NCBI RefSeq assembly: GCF_009914755.1
Contig: NC_060925.1
Strand: one strand, 5' to 3'
Source of the DNA: the human T2T-CHM13v2.0 reference genome, Homo sapiens
DNA length: 64,000 nt
This document shows positions 42,521 through 64,000 of the stretch, in pieces (position 1 is the first letter of the stretch; the number at the start of each line of letters is the position of its first letter). Both the position numbers and the translations under genes were made by a program. The notes under the pieces were generated by a model, which saw nothing but the letters and a program-made list of their open reading frames with translations, searched no databases and had not been told where the DNA came from.

Positions 42521-44369
42521 GTGAAGACCCTGTGGCCAACCATCTGGGTTCTCTGAGGGTTTTGGCGCCTTCCTTGTCTCTCCTTTCTAGTGTCATTTGT
42601 CTTCTAACTCTTCCTCGCTTTGTCCTGGGTTGCAGAGATAAACCGTAAGCCTAACTGTGGGCAGCTGTTCCTCCTTTCCTTGTGGTTTTCTTAGATGTTG
42701 CAGGCAAGACTCTTTCCCCTGATCTATCGCATCCATTTGACCCCTCCTCATGCCAGTGCTCTGTCGGCCCTGTTTTTCCTCGTTTAAAAAATAAAAAAAG
42801 GGAAATAATAATAATAACTGGATCCCCACTGTCTCTCTGTTCTCATTCCTAGCCTCTTTCTCCCTTTTTGGTGTTTGTTACTGCTTCAAGCCATAACACA
42901 CTGCCTTGCATATATTAATGCCTTTCCATCTAAATATTAACGTTCATTCACTTCATTTGGTTCCCGCTCACCGTGAACTCTCCCAACCCTACCCACATCT
43001 AAGGGCTTTTGAGGTTGGAGGTGTAGAATAAATTCTTACATATGATGACTATATTCATATATGAGAACCTTCAGCGGTCAACTCAGCATCACTGCTTATT
43101 GAGTTTATATTTCTTGTGATTTCTTTGGCTTACCTTTTCGTTTTGTATTGGTTATTTACCCACATGGGGCTCACTGCTACCCTATAGTTACAGAAGAATA
43201 CCTCGTCTTACATCTTTTTATATCCGAATTACTTAGGAGTTTTCTTATGTTTTCCTGCTCGGACCATATGTCCCCGGTGGGTTTTTGGCAATGATTTTGT
43301 GTCAGTTGATGGCAGAAAGAGACAAGGGAATGATCTTCTTGCTTGCTTGTGACTTGTAATTAGATTATGAGCCATTGAGAATACCCAGAGGGAGTGGAAA
43401 GGCTTTGAAAGGTAAAGTCTATGTATTTTCTGAGTTTCAAATTGATAAAGCTTCTTCTTTGAACAGGAAGAGTTTCTATTTAGTCCAATAATCTGAGGCT
43501 ATATTGAATTACCAGTTCATTCGCTATAAAATTTTTAGAACCACATGTCAAAAAGTGGCCCATCTAAAGAATTGTATAATTTAGCAAAAAGTCATTAAAA
43601 GCCATTTAATTAATGCTCTTTTTCTTTAAAATAGGATTCAAGTATTTGGAAAAATGTATTTATGGTGATTGGTTATGAAGTATTTCTAGATGTTTTGATG
43701 GTTCTGGTGAACAGCATCGTATTCTGTTCACTAATGTTTTATAAAAAGGCAGAAATTTTCTGGCTTTCTGGGGAACCACGTAACTCAAATGAGTTTGCAG
43801 CTCGTTTTCTATTCCAATTATTGCACTAAAGAGGTTCTTATACTAAGATTATCATTCTTTTTTAAGCTATCAAGTATGATCTATACATGTCAGTAAAATA
43901 TAAATATTAATACTGGTACAATGTTAAATTGGGATTATTCCTAATTAATGCACAAAATGCTGAAATGGTTTCAGCCATGCTTAAGATTTGGGGCGAAATA
44001 TATTTCAGAATAAATTTACTCATATAATTTTTTATTGAAAAAAATGATACGGTAGCCATTACTCAATCTTTTAATATTTTTCCTGAGATTTTATTCATTT
44101 AGTAGGAATTTAGTGACTACTTACTATTTAACTATTGTCACAAAATCACCAAAACATTTGTTTGTAAGAGTATCCTCTTGTCCTCAGCTCTGCATAGATA
44201 CTTTTAAAGCATTAGCGCAGTTATTCCAACTAAGCTATTGAGTATTATTTACATTTAACAGATGAAAAAACTGAAGCTTGAAGAATTTAAGGAAATTAAT
44301 TCAGTTCTTTTCGACTCTTCCCACTGTACAACAGCTGCAAGGATCTGTGCTCTATCCTGAAATATATAA

Positions 44370-46020
44370 AGAGCGTTAAATCAACATATGCTTACTGAGC
44401 AGCTATTCATACCAGACACTCTTCAAGGTGCTGGGGATATAGAGTGAACAAGAAAAGTCCCTGCTCTTAGGGAGCTTATACTCTAGCAGAATGTATGAGA
44501 TGTAAACTTTCCCTTCAAGAAGCAGAAAATATAGTCAATATGTATTAGATTTTACGGGAGTGTTTTAGAATGTTAAAGGTGAGAAGAGAGATAACTAGGG
44601 AATGTTTCATGAAGATGAGATCTAATGTGGAATTTAAATAGTGGTTAGGGATTGGTAGGTAGAAATTAGGACCCTGTCTCAAAAAAAAAAAAAACAAGTG
44701 AAAATCTGTGATATAGAATAATTGGTGAGCCTTATAAAGCACTTTATTTTTATTTTTTGGACTATATATAAGTAAAATTGTAATATTTGACATGCATTCA
44801 ATCATTTAGCATTTATTTATTAACTAGACACTCTTCTAGGCCACAGTGGTATAGTAGTGAGTAAATACGGTGTTTACCCTCATAGAATTTACTAACAGAG
44901 GAGGCAGACATAAATCAAATAGTCAAAGAAATTTAAAGTTACAACTGTGGTAAATGCTATTAAAAAAGGACTTGATGTTACACAGAGGAAGAACTGATTA
45001 CAGAGGGGATAAGAGTGGGGATGGGGAGAGGCCAGTTAGAAGATTGTTGGAGTGGCCCAATTGAGAGATGGTATTTTGGACAAGGTGGTGGTGGTAAGAT
45101 GGATTCCAGAGGTGTTCAGGAGGTGGAACTAGGCGATGGATTAGATATGGAAGGTGAGGGAGAGGAAGATATCATGGGCTAATCTTAGGTTTTTGGCTTA
45201 TATAACTGGAAGGATTGTTGCACCCTTCACCGAGGTAGAGAACATCGAAAGAGGACCAGGTTTGGGAAACATGCTTTGTTTATTAGTATTTTTTGTTGTG
45301 GTAGCAGTGTTTAAGGTTAATTTCTTAGTTATTTTTACCCTTTTGTGTCATTGTTGTAGTTTTGTATATTTGAGTAATACTATGCCTAAAATAGGTTTTT
45401 TTGGTATCATTTTTTCTTGATTGAGCAGGGGTGGGGTTCTACATGAAAGCATCTGGAAATATGTTGGTCTCTGTTTTGAATCTATCTGTAATATATTAAA
45501 CCATGTATATGAATAGGTAACTGAATAATGCAGTTACATGCCATCTTTATTTTCACTTGAGATTTGGTAGTAAACTGGCATCTGGTTAAATTCTAACTTC
45601 ATTCATTTGGTACATACATAAATATACATGCATTAGGGAAAAATACATACTTGTGATTTTTCTCTGAAATGCTTCATTCATGTAATTTTTGATAGATATT
45701 GAACCCAAACAGTAGTGATTTATAGTTTATTGTTTAAATTTTACATTTCTTAGTAAAGTGGTAGAGTGTATAGAGCAAAGAGACTTTGGTGTCAGACTGC
45801 CTGGATTCATGGTCTCTATTTGCTGTATACTAGCAGTATGACCTTGAAGAAGTTATACAGCTTTTCCAAGCCTTTTTTTTTTTAAATTTATAAGATGAGG
45901 ATAATAATAGTGCCAGCCTTATAGAATTGTTGTGAGAATTAAATGAAATGATATATATACATAGGTTAATAAAATACTTGGTACAGATTTTAAGTGTTTA
46001 TTATCATTATTATAATAGTG
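44370..46020. mobile_element. L2 fragments (~44370-45270) and MIR (~45770-46020)
   Basis: L2 3'-end motifs (cttactgagcagctattcataccagacact, cattcaatcatttagcatttattt); MIR core. Confidence 0.65.
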
Positions 46021-46429
46021 ATACTGGGTTCAAGATCATCTTGACTCCTGTGACACCATTTTAATTTTAGGATACCTTGTAACTAATAAAACTCAATTTG
46101 AGAAAAAAAATTTATTTGGTATTTAGATTTGGAGAAAATATATAAAATAGTTTTGCTTATTCACTATTGTCCCAGATACACCAGCACATAACATCTTTCA
46201 CAGAGTTCTGAGATTATGTGTAGTTTACAGCTGTGATAGAAAACTTATGGTGATTAGTTTGTGATTACTTATTGTTTGTTAGGATTATTACCTTTATTTT
46301 TAGCCAAACCTTTTCGAAGTTTGAACTTGCTTTTAGCTCTTATTGAATAGGGTGAAGAGTAGTTAGGCTTTATGAAGTCTGATCAGCTGCTCTAAAATCA
46401 ACCTAACTTCTACTTTTTCCCTTATTTTT

Positions 46430-46579
46430 TTCTTTTTACTTTCAAACCTGTAAAAACATTGAAATGGTAGTATGACAAATACCTGTACATCCTTTTACCT
46501 AGATTCACTAGTTGTTAACATAGTGCCTCTTTTGCTCTCATTCCTTGCTGTTAGACAAGTGCTGTTTCTCTCTCTATAA

Positions 46580-46613
<34 letters not shown>

Positions 46614-48900
46614 TTTTTTCTTGCTGAACTATTTGAAAGTAAGGTGGCAACGTGACACTTTACCCCCAAATAATTCATCATGCATCTCCTAAGAACTAGC
46701 ACATTCTCTTATATAACTATAATGCCATTAGCATATCCAAATAATTTAACCTTGATATGATAATATTGTCTAATATGCAGTCCATATTCAACAATTAGAT
46801 TTTTCCAAATATCCCAGTAATGTCATTATACCATTACAAAAATACCGAATCCAATTAAAGACATTAATTGTATTTAGTACTTATATGTCTATTTTATCTA
46901 GAACAGTCTTTATCATTTCTTTCTTTTTTTGTCTTCAGGTAGAATGCCTCACAAAATTGATTTATCTGATTTTTTCCTCACAATGAGTTTCAGATTGAAG
47001 AGTTGTGGGTTTTTCTTTTTTTTTCTTTTTTCTTTTTTTTACTATTACATGGGTGATGTTTTGAACTTTCCATTTAATCATATTAGGATTAACATGATCG
47101 TTTATTCCATTATTGGTGATTAAGTTTGATCACTTAGTTTAGCCAGATTTTTATATTCCGAAAGTATGTTTTCCCTTTTGTATTTAGTAATCTGTAGGGG
47201 TGATAAATTGAGGTCATGTGGATATTCTGTTTTGCAGGTTTTGTTTTCCTATCCAGTGATTTTAGTAGCCATTGATAAAAGCATTGGTGGTTGCCAAATA
47301 GTGATTTCCCACTTCTGTCATTCCTACATGTATTTGCTGGCTCTCTTCTCTAAATAAGAGCTTTCTCTTTTTTATTTTAGTATCACTATGTACCCAAGTA
47401 TCCTTTTTTTCAAAATCTATGCAGTGCGTTATAATTTGCTACCATCATTCCTTTTGGTGATGAAATTATCTCAAATCTGGTCAGTAGTAGATCCTTCAAG
47501 CTGGTTCCCATGAACTTTGGATATGTCCACATTGGTGTTTGAGCACTTTCTTACTCCTATTTGCACAATAAGATGTTCCAGCCTCACCTTGTAAATTTCC
47601 TGCTCAATACATGGAATCAGCCATTTTACCACAGAGTCCTGGTTTATTTTAGTGGAAAATGATTCTTAGAAACCAAGATCTGGGCCGGGCGTGGTGGCTC
47701 ATGCCTGTAATCCCAGCACTTTGGGAGGCCGAGGCGGGTGGATCATGAGGTCAGGAGATCGGGACCATCCTGGCTAACACGGTGAAACCCCATCTCTACT
47801 AAAAAATAAAAAAACAAATGAGCCGGGCGTGGTGGCGGGCGCCTGTAGTCCCAGTTACTAGGGAGGCTGAGGCAGGAGAATGGCGTAAACCCGGGAGGCG
47901 GAGCTTGGAGTGATCCGAGTTCGCGCCACTGCACTCCAGCCTGGGCGACAGAGCGAGACTCCGTCTCAAAAAAAAAGAAATAAAAGAAATGAAGATCTGG
48001 GTATTGAATATGCTCTTTGCTACTGGGGTGTCATTGGTTCTAGACCCTTTAAATGGACACACATATACACTTTTTTTTTTTTTGAGACAGTGTCTTGCTC
48101 TTGTTGCCCAGGCTGGAGTGCAATGGCGGATCTTGGCTCACCGCAACCTCTGCCTCCTGGGTTCAAGCGATTCTCCTGCCTCAGCCTCCCGAGTAGCTGG
48201 GATCACAGATATGTGCCACCACACCCAGCTAGTTTTGTATTTTTAGTAGAGACAGAGTTTCTCCATGTTTGTCAGGCTGGTCTCGAACTCCGGACCTCCG
48301 GTAATCCACCCGCCTCGGCCTCCCAAAGTGCTGGGATTACAGGCGTGAGCCACTGTACCCGGCCAACATATACATTTTTTAAGAAATCATGAGTTCATAG
48401 GATACCTTCAATTCAAATTCAACACTGCAGAGTTCTCATCACTTCCTTCCAATTCCTGTTTATATCTCTGTTTTCCCAAAGAGAGAATTCTGATTCTCAA
48501 TTATATCACTATTTTTACTCATCTAACCTATCCTACAACACACATAAAATAGTTTTGGAATTACTAGACTGACTGATACCGCTTCCAGCAACAGATTTAC
48601 CAAGTAAAGATTTCTTTGCCATTTTATGTTCTTAGAATATATCCCACTAAAGGTATATATAGTCAAAATAGGTGTTCAAAGTTATTTGAATTATTTTTTC
48701 TGTGTGATTATGTTATGAATGTAAAATATAGTTAGGTTCCTACTAAATTACTTTTTAATATACTCTTTGTAAAATCAGTTATCTGTAAAACTACTAAAGT
48801 GACATAATTTAAAACTTTGTAATATATAGTTATAGAGAACTCTAGAACAGTTATATCAGCTGGAGAATATTAAGTTTTAAGACTTGTAAGCTCTAAACTT
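46430..48900 (-). mobile_element. Old L1MC-type 3' region containing (CA)n at 46582-46611 and two Alus
   Basis: Degenerate L1MC4-like 3' UTR motifs (gaactatttgaaagtaag, ggaatcagccattt, ttagaaaccaagatctgg). Confidence 0.6.
47682..48364. mobile_element. Inverted Alu pair: AluY (+) 47682-47990 and AluSp (-) 48070-48364
   Basis: Opposite orientations about 80 bp apart; TSDs aagatctgg and acatataca. Confidence 0.93.
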
Positions 48901-49557
48901 GTAGCTCTATTTTTTCAGTTATAATGATATTTAAAATTAGGAGTGCAAGAAAAGTGACATCAAGTGATTCCATTTGTAAACCAAAACAATTGTGTTTGTG
49001 AACATTTTAAACAATGCTCTTCTTTTAACTGATGATACAATTCAAGCATTAATCTTTAACAATAGACATAATTGTTGGGGGTACTTTAACTAATTCCCAA
49101 GTAATAGGTCTAATGTTTTCCTGTATTTATAACCAGAATGGAAAGATTTATGTTTTTTGTTAAGTCCTTCTTTGTATTTGAAGAATACTTGTTGTGACTG
49201 TATTTTACCCTGTGATATTATTCATGTGTGAATATTCTCATTGGAAAGGGGGAAAATATGTCTCTTAATAGTTATGATACTTTATATCTCTATTGTGAGA
49301 TATAACCACATTCAGCCTTATGGTTAGTTATAACCATTTTGCTTATTAGAATGTAAGATTAATGAGGGCAGATACTGGGTTTCATGGCTCATTGTATCTC
49401 CCTCAGTGCCTTGTAGGAGTAACCACTCAAATACTTGATGAATAAATGTGATATTTTGTGTTTAAATTACATGTAGTACTAGCTTCAGTAATATGGATGC
49501 ACCTTTTTCTTGGCAAGAGTAACTAATATAATGGGTCTTGGAAATGGTCTTATCCAT

Positions 49558-49900
49558 TGTCGTAGTCTGTCTTTCATTGCTTATAACAGAATAACTGAAA
49601 CTGGGTAATTTATGTAAAAAAGGAATTTATTCCTTATAGTTAACAAAAGCTGAAAAGTCCAAGGTTGAGGAGCTACATTTGGTGAGGGCCTTCTTGCTGG
49701 TGGGGATTCTGCAGAGTCCTGAGGTGGTGCAGGGCATCACATGGTGAAGGAGCTAAACACACTAGCTCCAGTCTCACTTTCTCTTCTTGTAAAGCCACCA
49801 GTTCCACTCCTCTGATAACCTGTTAATCCATTAATCCATGAGTGAATTAATTTATTTATGAGGGCAGAACCCCAGTTACCCAGTCATCTCTTAAAGGCAC
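49558..49900 (-). mobile_element. MaLR LTR (MST-type)
   Basis: gcttataacagaataactgaaactgggtaattta...ggtgagggccttcttgctggtgggg. Confidence 0.75.
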
Positions 49901-50152
49901 CATGATAACATTCATATTTACTTATTACATACCTCAAAATCACTGTATCTTAAACTGAATTTCCTATCTTCACCTTAGTCTTCTCTACTTGGGTTCCCTG
50001 TTTCAGCTAATGGAACCATTATGCTCCTAGACATTAGACCTGAAATCTCATAGTCACTTTAGTCTCCTCTCTGGTATGTGGGCATATACACATCCATATA
50101 TTTGTATGATGTTGCTCGGTCTACCATGTCAACTTGCTACTTTTATCTACTC

Positions 50153-57367
<7,215 letters not shown>

Positions 57368-57764
57368 CCATTTAAATTTTTGTTACAGAAATAAAGTGGG
57401 TTTCAGTCTTTACAGAAAAATGGAATTTAATTTTAGTCATATGAAAAGTAACTATGCTGAATTATTTATTAAACTAGCAACAACTCATCTTTAGTTTAAC
57501 CTTACGAAAATAATTTTATCGTTCTCAACTACTCTATCTAACAATGATAATGAAAGTATTTTCATAGAATAGTTAAGGATGTGTCCCAGAGGCATTTCAA
57601 TTGTTTCAAGTTTGGGGGTAAAGTTACTCTGAGTAAATAGTGTAGCTACATAGCAGGAGTTTTGACCAAAAATAATGAAATAACAACTCAACAATTTATT
57701 CCACTCCAAGTGCCTTTGAGGTTAGAATATTTGTTTCATTAATTTCTGTATCTATCACAGCATC

Positions 57765-58125
57765 TTAATTTTTAATTTTAATTTTTGTGGGTACATAGTA
57801 GGTGTATATATTTATGGGGTACATGAGATGTTTTGATATAGACATGAAATGTGTCATACTTACATCATGAAAAATGGGGTATCCATTCCCTCAAGCATAT
57901 ATCCTTTGTATTACAAACAATCCAGTTATGCTCTTTTAGTTATTTTTAAATGTTCAATTAAATTATTATTGACTATAATCCCCCGTTGTGCTATCAAATA
58001 CTGGGTCATATTCATTCTTTCTATTTTTTTTTTTTTGTACCCATTAACCATTCCCACCTCTCCCCAACCTTCTCATTACCCTTCCTAGCCGCTGGTAACC
58101 ATCCTTCCACTCTCTGCCTCCATGG
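57765..58125 (-). mobile_element. L1MA 3' end
   Basis: Homologous to 27765-28410 (tttgtgggtacatagtaggtgtatatatttatggggtac). Confidence 0.85.
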
Positions 58126-59641
58126 ATTTGTCACAGCATCTTATCTTGCTTTTGTATTTACTTAGGCATCATTATCTAAGATATAGACTTCCCCATATAA
58201 CATGTCTAATTGCTCACTGTCTTCATTTTTTCCCCATCCAGATTAAGGCATCTTGGTTTTCACACTTGCTGAGGACTGTCCAGAGTATTCTGGATGGCTG
58301 GTGATGAGAACTGTCTGAACCAAAAAGTCTTCCCTGTGGCCTTCTTTCTTTCAGACTTAGAAAGAAGATACCTGCATGCACATACTCTCATTAAAAAATT
58401 TTGGATCTAGAAGACCAAGCTTGGTGGCTTTTTAAAAATAATTTTTTTAAATTCTAAAAATAATAAATGTTTTTGTATAAGATTTGGAAAATGTGGGCAA
58501 CTGTGGTATAAAAATAACCACAGAGAAACTACTTTTAACATTTTGCTGTACTTCTTTCTTACTTTCTAACTCCCTTCATTCCCCCTTCGCTGTCCCTGCG
58601 CTTGCCTGTGTCATATGACACATAAGTTTCAGATTCTGCATAGTGTTTCCCCATTTTAGGAGACATTTTTAATGGATGCATAATCCATCATGTGGATGCA
58701 CTATATATAATTCACACATTTTATAAACTCTTTTCCTTTTCTTGCTTTTCCAGATTTTGCTAAATTATGTATGCAGTTTTCTTGAGGAAAATTCGTCTTT
58801 CCTTTTCTTTATTCTAGTGTCAGTTAAAAAAAAATTCTAATTCTGGTGAGAGTGCTGCTAGTGATATACCTATATTTCATATCAGTTCACTGATTCCTTT
58901 AATAAATATTTTTGAGAACCAATTCTGTGCCAGGCAGAATTTAAGAACAGTCAGTTACAGTATAGTGCAATGAATGTGGTGATACAGGAAAACGTAGGAT
59001 CCTATGAGAACTAAGAGAAGGATACCTATCTTAGTTTAAAGTTTAGAGAGGGCAGTCAGGAAATCTTACCAGTCTTACCAGAGGAAGTGAAACCAAAGCT
59101 GGGTTTCAGGGACTCCATGATAGTAAGGTCATCATACAGTGAGGGTGAGCAGTAAGGCACTTGAGTTAGAGGGAACAGATGCAAAGGCATGAGGTACCAG
59201 ATAACATACCAAGTTCAGGAAGCTTTGATATTAATATTAAATGTGGTTTCAGCATATGCTGCATGTGAAGTAGTAAAAGAGGAAGCTGAGTAAGTAGGCA
59301 GAGGTTATTTCATGAAGGGCCTTAAATATCATCCTTAAGTACCAGGAACTATGCCAAGTGCTAGGGGTATAAACAAAAAAAACAGAGTCCTTGAGGAATG
59401 TGTTTATAGCTTTCATTCTCGTTTATGCGTCAGCAGTTCTCAAATTAATATGCCTAGCCCAGACCTCTCCTTTGAGCTCCAGATCTATATATCCAACTGC
59501 CTAGTTGATTGACATCCCGAGAATATATCTAGAGTGTAAATTCCAAGAGAACAGGTATTTCATTGCCTTTGTTCTCAGCTGTACCTGCAGTGCCTAGAAC
59601 AGTGCCTGGCAATAATTTATCTAATGATTAAAGAAAAGAAT

Positions 59642-60152
<511 letters not shown>

Positions 60153-60449
60153 CTACTCTCTGCTTGTGTTTCTCAGAGACATCTTAAATACCACATATCT
60201 CAAATCAAATTCATAATCTTCTCCCTCTAACCTCTCCCTCTCCTGATGTTTCCTATCTCAGTGATTGGCACCATCTGTTTAGTTTCACACACCAAAGCCT
60301 GGGTATATCTTTGGCATATCCCTGTTCTTTACCTTCCATATCCATTGTATCACCAAGACTTACTGAATTTTCTACATGTTTCCTCAGATGTCCATTTCTC
60401 CATCTTCACTGCTCCAGTCCAAGCTATCATCTCCTAGTCCTGTATAATA

Positions 60450-60684
60450 CAGGTTGAGCATCCTTAATCCGAAAATCAGAAATCTGAAATTTTCCAGGAT
60501 CTGTAACCTCTTGAGTGCCAACATGATGCTCAAAGGAAATGCTCATTGGAGCATTTTGGATTTTGGATTTTCGGATTAACGATCCTCAACTAGTAAGTAT
60601 ACATAATGCAAATATTAAAAAAAAAAAAAAAGAAATCCAAACACTTCCAGTCCCAAGCATTTTGGATAAGGGATACTCAACCTG
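60450..60684 (+). mobile_element. Tigger4a/MER46A MITE
   Basis: TIRs caggttgagcatcctta / taagggatactcaacctg with TA target duplication on both sides. Confidence 0.88.
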
Positions 60685-61869
60685 TAGTGGTAAACTCATT
60701 ATCTACTTTTATTCCTTTCCATGTTCTTCTCCATGCTGCTATTGAAGTAAAACAAACAAACCTACTGAATCTGGTTATGATATTCCTGTTTGAAACAAAT
60801 TGCTCTTAGGATAAAGAACAAAATTTTTAACCTGGTCTACAAGGCCGTTTGTGCTTTGGCATCTATATAACCCTATAGCCTCATCTCATGCCACTTTTTT
60901 AGACATCTCATGCCACTTTTTTAGACTTTTCTGTTTTCTAGTCACATTGACTTTTTAAGTTCTTCCAATAGACCATGCTTTCTCCTGGCTCAGAACTATG
61001 ATGTATAATTGGTAACTTTTAATACATATTATAAAATGGAATGTCTATTGTTAGAGAAATGAATGTATCAATATTTTTGAGTAGATATTTCTAATCTTAA
61101 AAGGGTAATGTTCTGTGCAGCATTCTTTTCTTGAAAAGTAAACTGTGAATTATTGCAAATAAGCACAAGCATTTTCAGTTATAATTTGTTCCTTTTGAGA
61201 TTATATCACACATCTCAATTTTCCCTAAAGTCAGTAATAAAACAGACACTTATGAGCTACATTTATTCTATTTTAAAGTAAGAACATTTTCCGTTATAAA
61301 TTTAAGCCGTTCTGTTTGTTTAAGTGCTGCAGTATGGAGATAGGAAGGAAACATAGGAAATGTCTTATTTAAAAAACAAAACAAAATAATTAGACTTTAT
61401 GTGATGTGAAAGTAGTGACTAATCAATATAAGTGGAAGCTTCCATTCTGAAGATAGTCAAGATTTTTTATAAGATTTCAAATCACCTTCTCTAATGACAG
61501 ATAAAACAAATCTTGGATATTCTCACTTGCGCCAATGCACCAGAGCAGAGCTGTGTTACTAAATTGATTTATTGTATTCAATTGTGAGCAGTTGGGGGAG
61601 ATTATTGCTTGGTTTTGCATGATAGGTTTATTGTTGTATATTTGTTAGTAAAGGTTTTTTGTAATTAAAATATAGAATATCTTATTCTATAAGATTTCTG
61701 TTTGTAAAATGAGAAATTGGTTTTCTGTTTATTTCTGAGTATAAAAAGAGAAATTGTTTTGTTCATTTGCAGTTCAAACTGTATTTAATCACTTAAGTAA
61801 CTTTAACAGGTATTGCTCCATGTAACCATATATGTAGTAATTACTGATTTTTTTCCTTAATTTTTAAAG

Positions 61870-61937
61870 TCAGTATAAAAGATTAAACTCTACAGAAGAA
61901 TGCAATCAAGTGATGGCTTTTCCTTTAGAATTTGAAT
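61870..61937 (+). other. ATG4C: ATG4C exon 2, 5' UTR part
   Basis: Branch-like tactgat, pyrimidine tract and AG at 61868-61869. Confidence 0.75.
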
Positions 61938-62013
61938 ATGGAGGCTACAGGAACAGATGAAGTTGACAAGCTAAAAACCAAATTTATATCTGCTTGGAAC
62001 AACATGAAATATA
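61938..62013 (+). CDS. ATG4C: ATG4C cysteine protease (autophagin-3), first coding exon
   Basis: aatATGG; encodes MEATGTDEVDKLKTKFISAWNNMKY plus 1 nt; donor GTAAGT at 62014; matches recalled ATG4C N-terminus. Confidence 0.96.
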
Positions 62014-62196
62014 GTAAGTATCATGTTTTAAAAATTGTATAAATCCAAAGAAATATTTGACAATATTTATCATTTCCCCTCTTAAGTCACTGACAATTTC
62101 TTGAGAATAAATGGCATACTTTACTTTGAATGAAATATTTCTATAAGGAATGTAGTTAAAAATATCTCCTGAAGAAAGAGCCAAGTATCATCATAA

Positions 62197-62540
<344 letters not shown>

Positions 62541-63322
62541 TTTTTTCCTTTTTTTTTAAGTTGCTAGAGTATATTAATATCCTCATGTCTTGCATAATTT
62601 TTTTTTTTTAGCGTTCTAAAACATATAGAATTTATTCAGGTGATGATAATACCTTGGCTTTTCAGATACAATTTCAGGCAGCCTCATCTCTGTGCCAGGA
62701 AATAAGCAAAATAGGCCTCTTCCCACACAAAATAGACTGTAAAGTTCGTGCACTGATACCTCTGATTTTTCTCCTAGATATTATTTTTAACCTAGTTCCT
62801 TTTGATTTGCAAACAAATCTAATAAGGAGTATATGGCTATTTTTGAAGCCCACCTAAGATGGAGAAGTACTTGGGCAGAACCAGCTTCAACAGGAAAAAA
62901 GCTCATATTCATAAAATAAGTGTGAAAACAGAATTCAGTAAAACCCCTTGATAATGCAAATTCAGGAAAAACACAATTGGCAGTTTAAATTATGTACCAT
63001 AAGAACATTGTGAGAACTTGATAAAGACCGTTATGAGATATCTGAAAATAAATTAAAATTAAAATTTTTTCTTTCTTATGTCCTTTAATTGGATAGTTTT
63101 TAAAGTGTGTTTAAAATTCTTAACTTTATTTGAAACTAGCATAAATTGCCTTTATTTCCAGTTCATTGTTCAAATATTGTATTTTGCAACTGTTGCCAAA
63201 AATGCACATCCATAAATAATAATTGATGGTTTGAAATTAAATAAAAGAAAACGCTGCTAGACTTTTAGTCTGAAATCTTTTAATTACAAAACGTTTTCTT
63301 TTCTTTTTTTTTTTTTTGCTAG

Positions 63323-63406
63323 GTTGGGTGTTGAAAACAAAGACGTATTTTAGTAGAAATTCTCCTGTATTATTGCTTGGAAAATGTTACCATTTTAAAT
63401 ATGAAG
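63323..63406 (+). CDS. ATG4C: ATG4C second coding exon (84 nt, phase 1-1); the gene continues beyond the window
   Basis: Poly-T acceptor gctag; encodes (S)WVLKTKTYFSRNSPVLLLGKCYHFKYE; donor G/GTAAGT. Confidence 0.96.
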
Positions 63407-63849
63407 GTAAGTACAAAATTTGTAAACCATTTAAAAATTTTTGTAGAAATCATCATGTAACTTTTTATTATTTTATTTCTAGATTAATCTACTTTTGCAG
63501 TATTTCTTTTAAGTATTTGTATTTCTTATAGCTCATAATATATTACTATGTTGTTTGGGTTTCTTGTTAACTAGTTGAGGATAAGGACCTTGTCATCTTT
63601 TGTTATATCCCCATAATTTTGGACTTATAGTATGAGTACTAAGTAAATATTATTTGAATTGATATGTTAATATTGTTTGTCACATTCTCTGATAATTAAA
63701 AGTATCACCTTAGTTAATCTAAAAATGATAATTTTTTTAATTCTTAAGGATGTTTCAGTATCTGAAATTGACTTTACTTGATGGTTTTGAATTTCTACGT
63801 ATATTAATTCTTTCAAAAATTTTCTTATATTTTCTTTTAATAATTCATG

Positions 63850-64000
63850 TCACTCATTGGGTGCCGGGCACCATGCTGGGCTCTTTAGGAAATATCTTTA
63901 ATTCTCACAAGAAACCTACAAGGTAGATTCAGGTATTCTCATCTTGTGAATGTGAAGGCAGGAAATTTGAGAAGTTAAATAATTTGTCCAAAGTCACATG
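63850..64000 (-). mobile_element. MIR
   Basis: tttaattctcacaagaaacctacaaggtag...gaagttaaataatttgtccaaagtcaca. Confidence 0.7.

Noticed and set aside
47910-48392. 160 aa ORF and similar ORFs elsewhere
   Set aside because: Standard Alu-derived translations.
63316-63531. 71 aa ORF read as a standalone gene
   Set aside because: Only 63323-63406 is exon; the rest is intron read-through.

Overview
Primate (almost certainly human) repeat-rich DNA. It holds the upstream region and 5' end of ATG4C on the + strand: a CpG-island promoter near 42.2 kb, non-coding exon 1, and coding exons at 61938-62013 and 63323-63406 (MEATGTDEVDKLKTKFISAWNNMKY/SWVLKTKTYFSRNSPVLLLGKCYHFKYE). A 9.4 kb two-LTR HERV9 provirus (LTR12 type, 11417-20820, +) sits inside an Alu; its gag-pro-pol is decayed, integrase and SU are missing, and an env TM remnant remains. 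The rest is L1, L2, MIR, MaLR/ERV LTRs, DNA transposons and about 35 Alus. The most unusual feature is a 445 bp inverted repeat (24914-25358 vs 25645-26406) whose arms differ at only 7 positions, although one arm carries a more diverged AluY; this suggests arm-to-arm gene conversion. It lies about 4 kb downstream of the 3' LTR12. Other candidates are an LTR12-promoter/splice-donor route into ATG4C exon 2, a double uORF with an alternative acceptor at the ATG4C start, and a pre-miRNA-like hairpin in intron 1. All counts are by hand, and repeat subfamily names come from recalled consensus sequences, not a database search.
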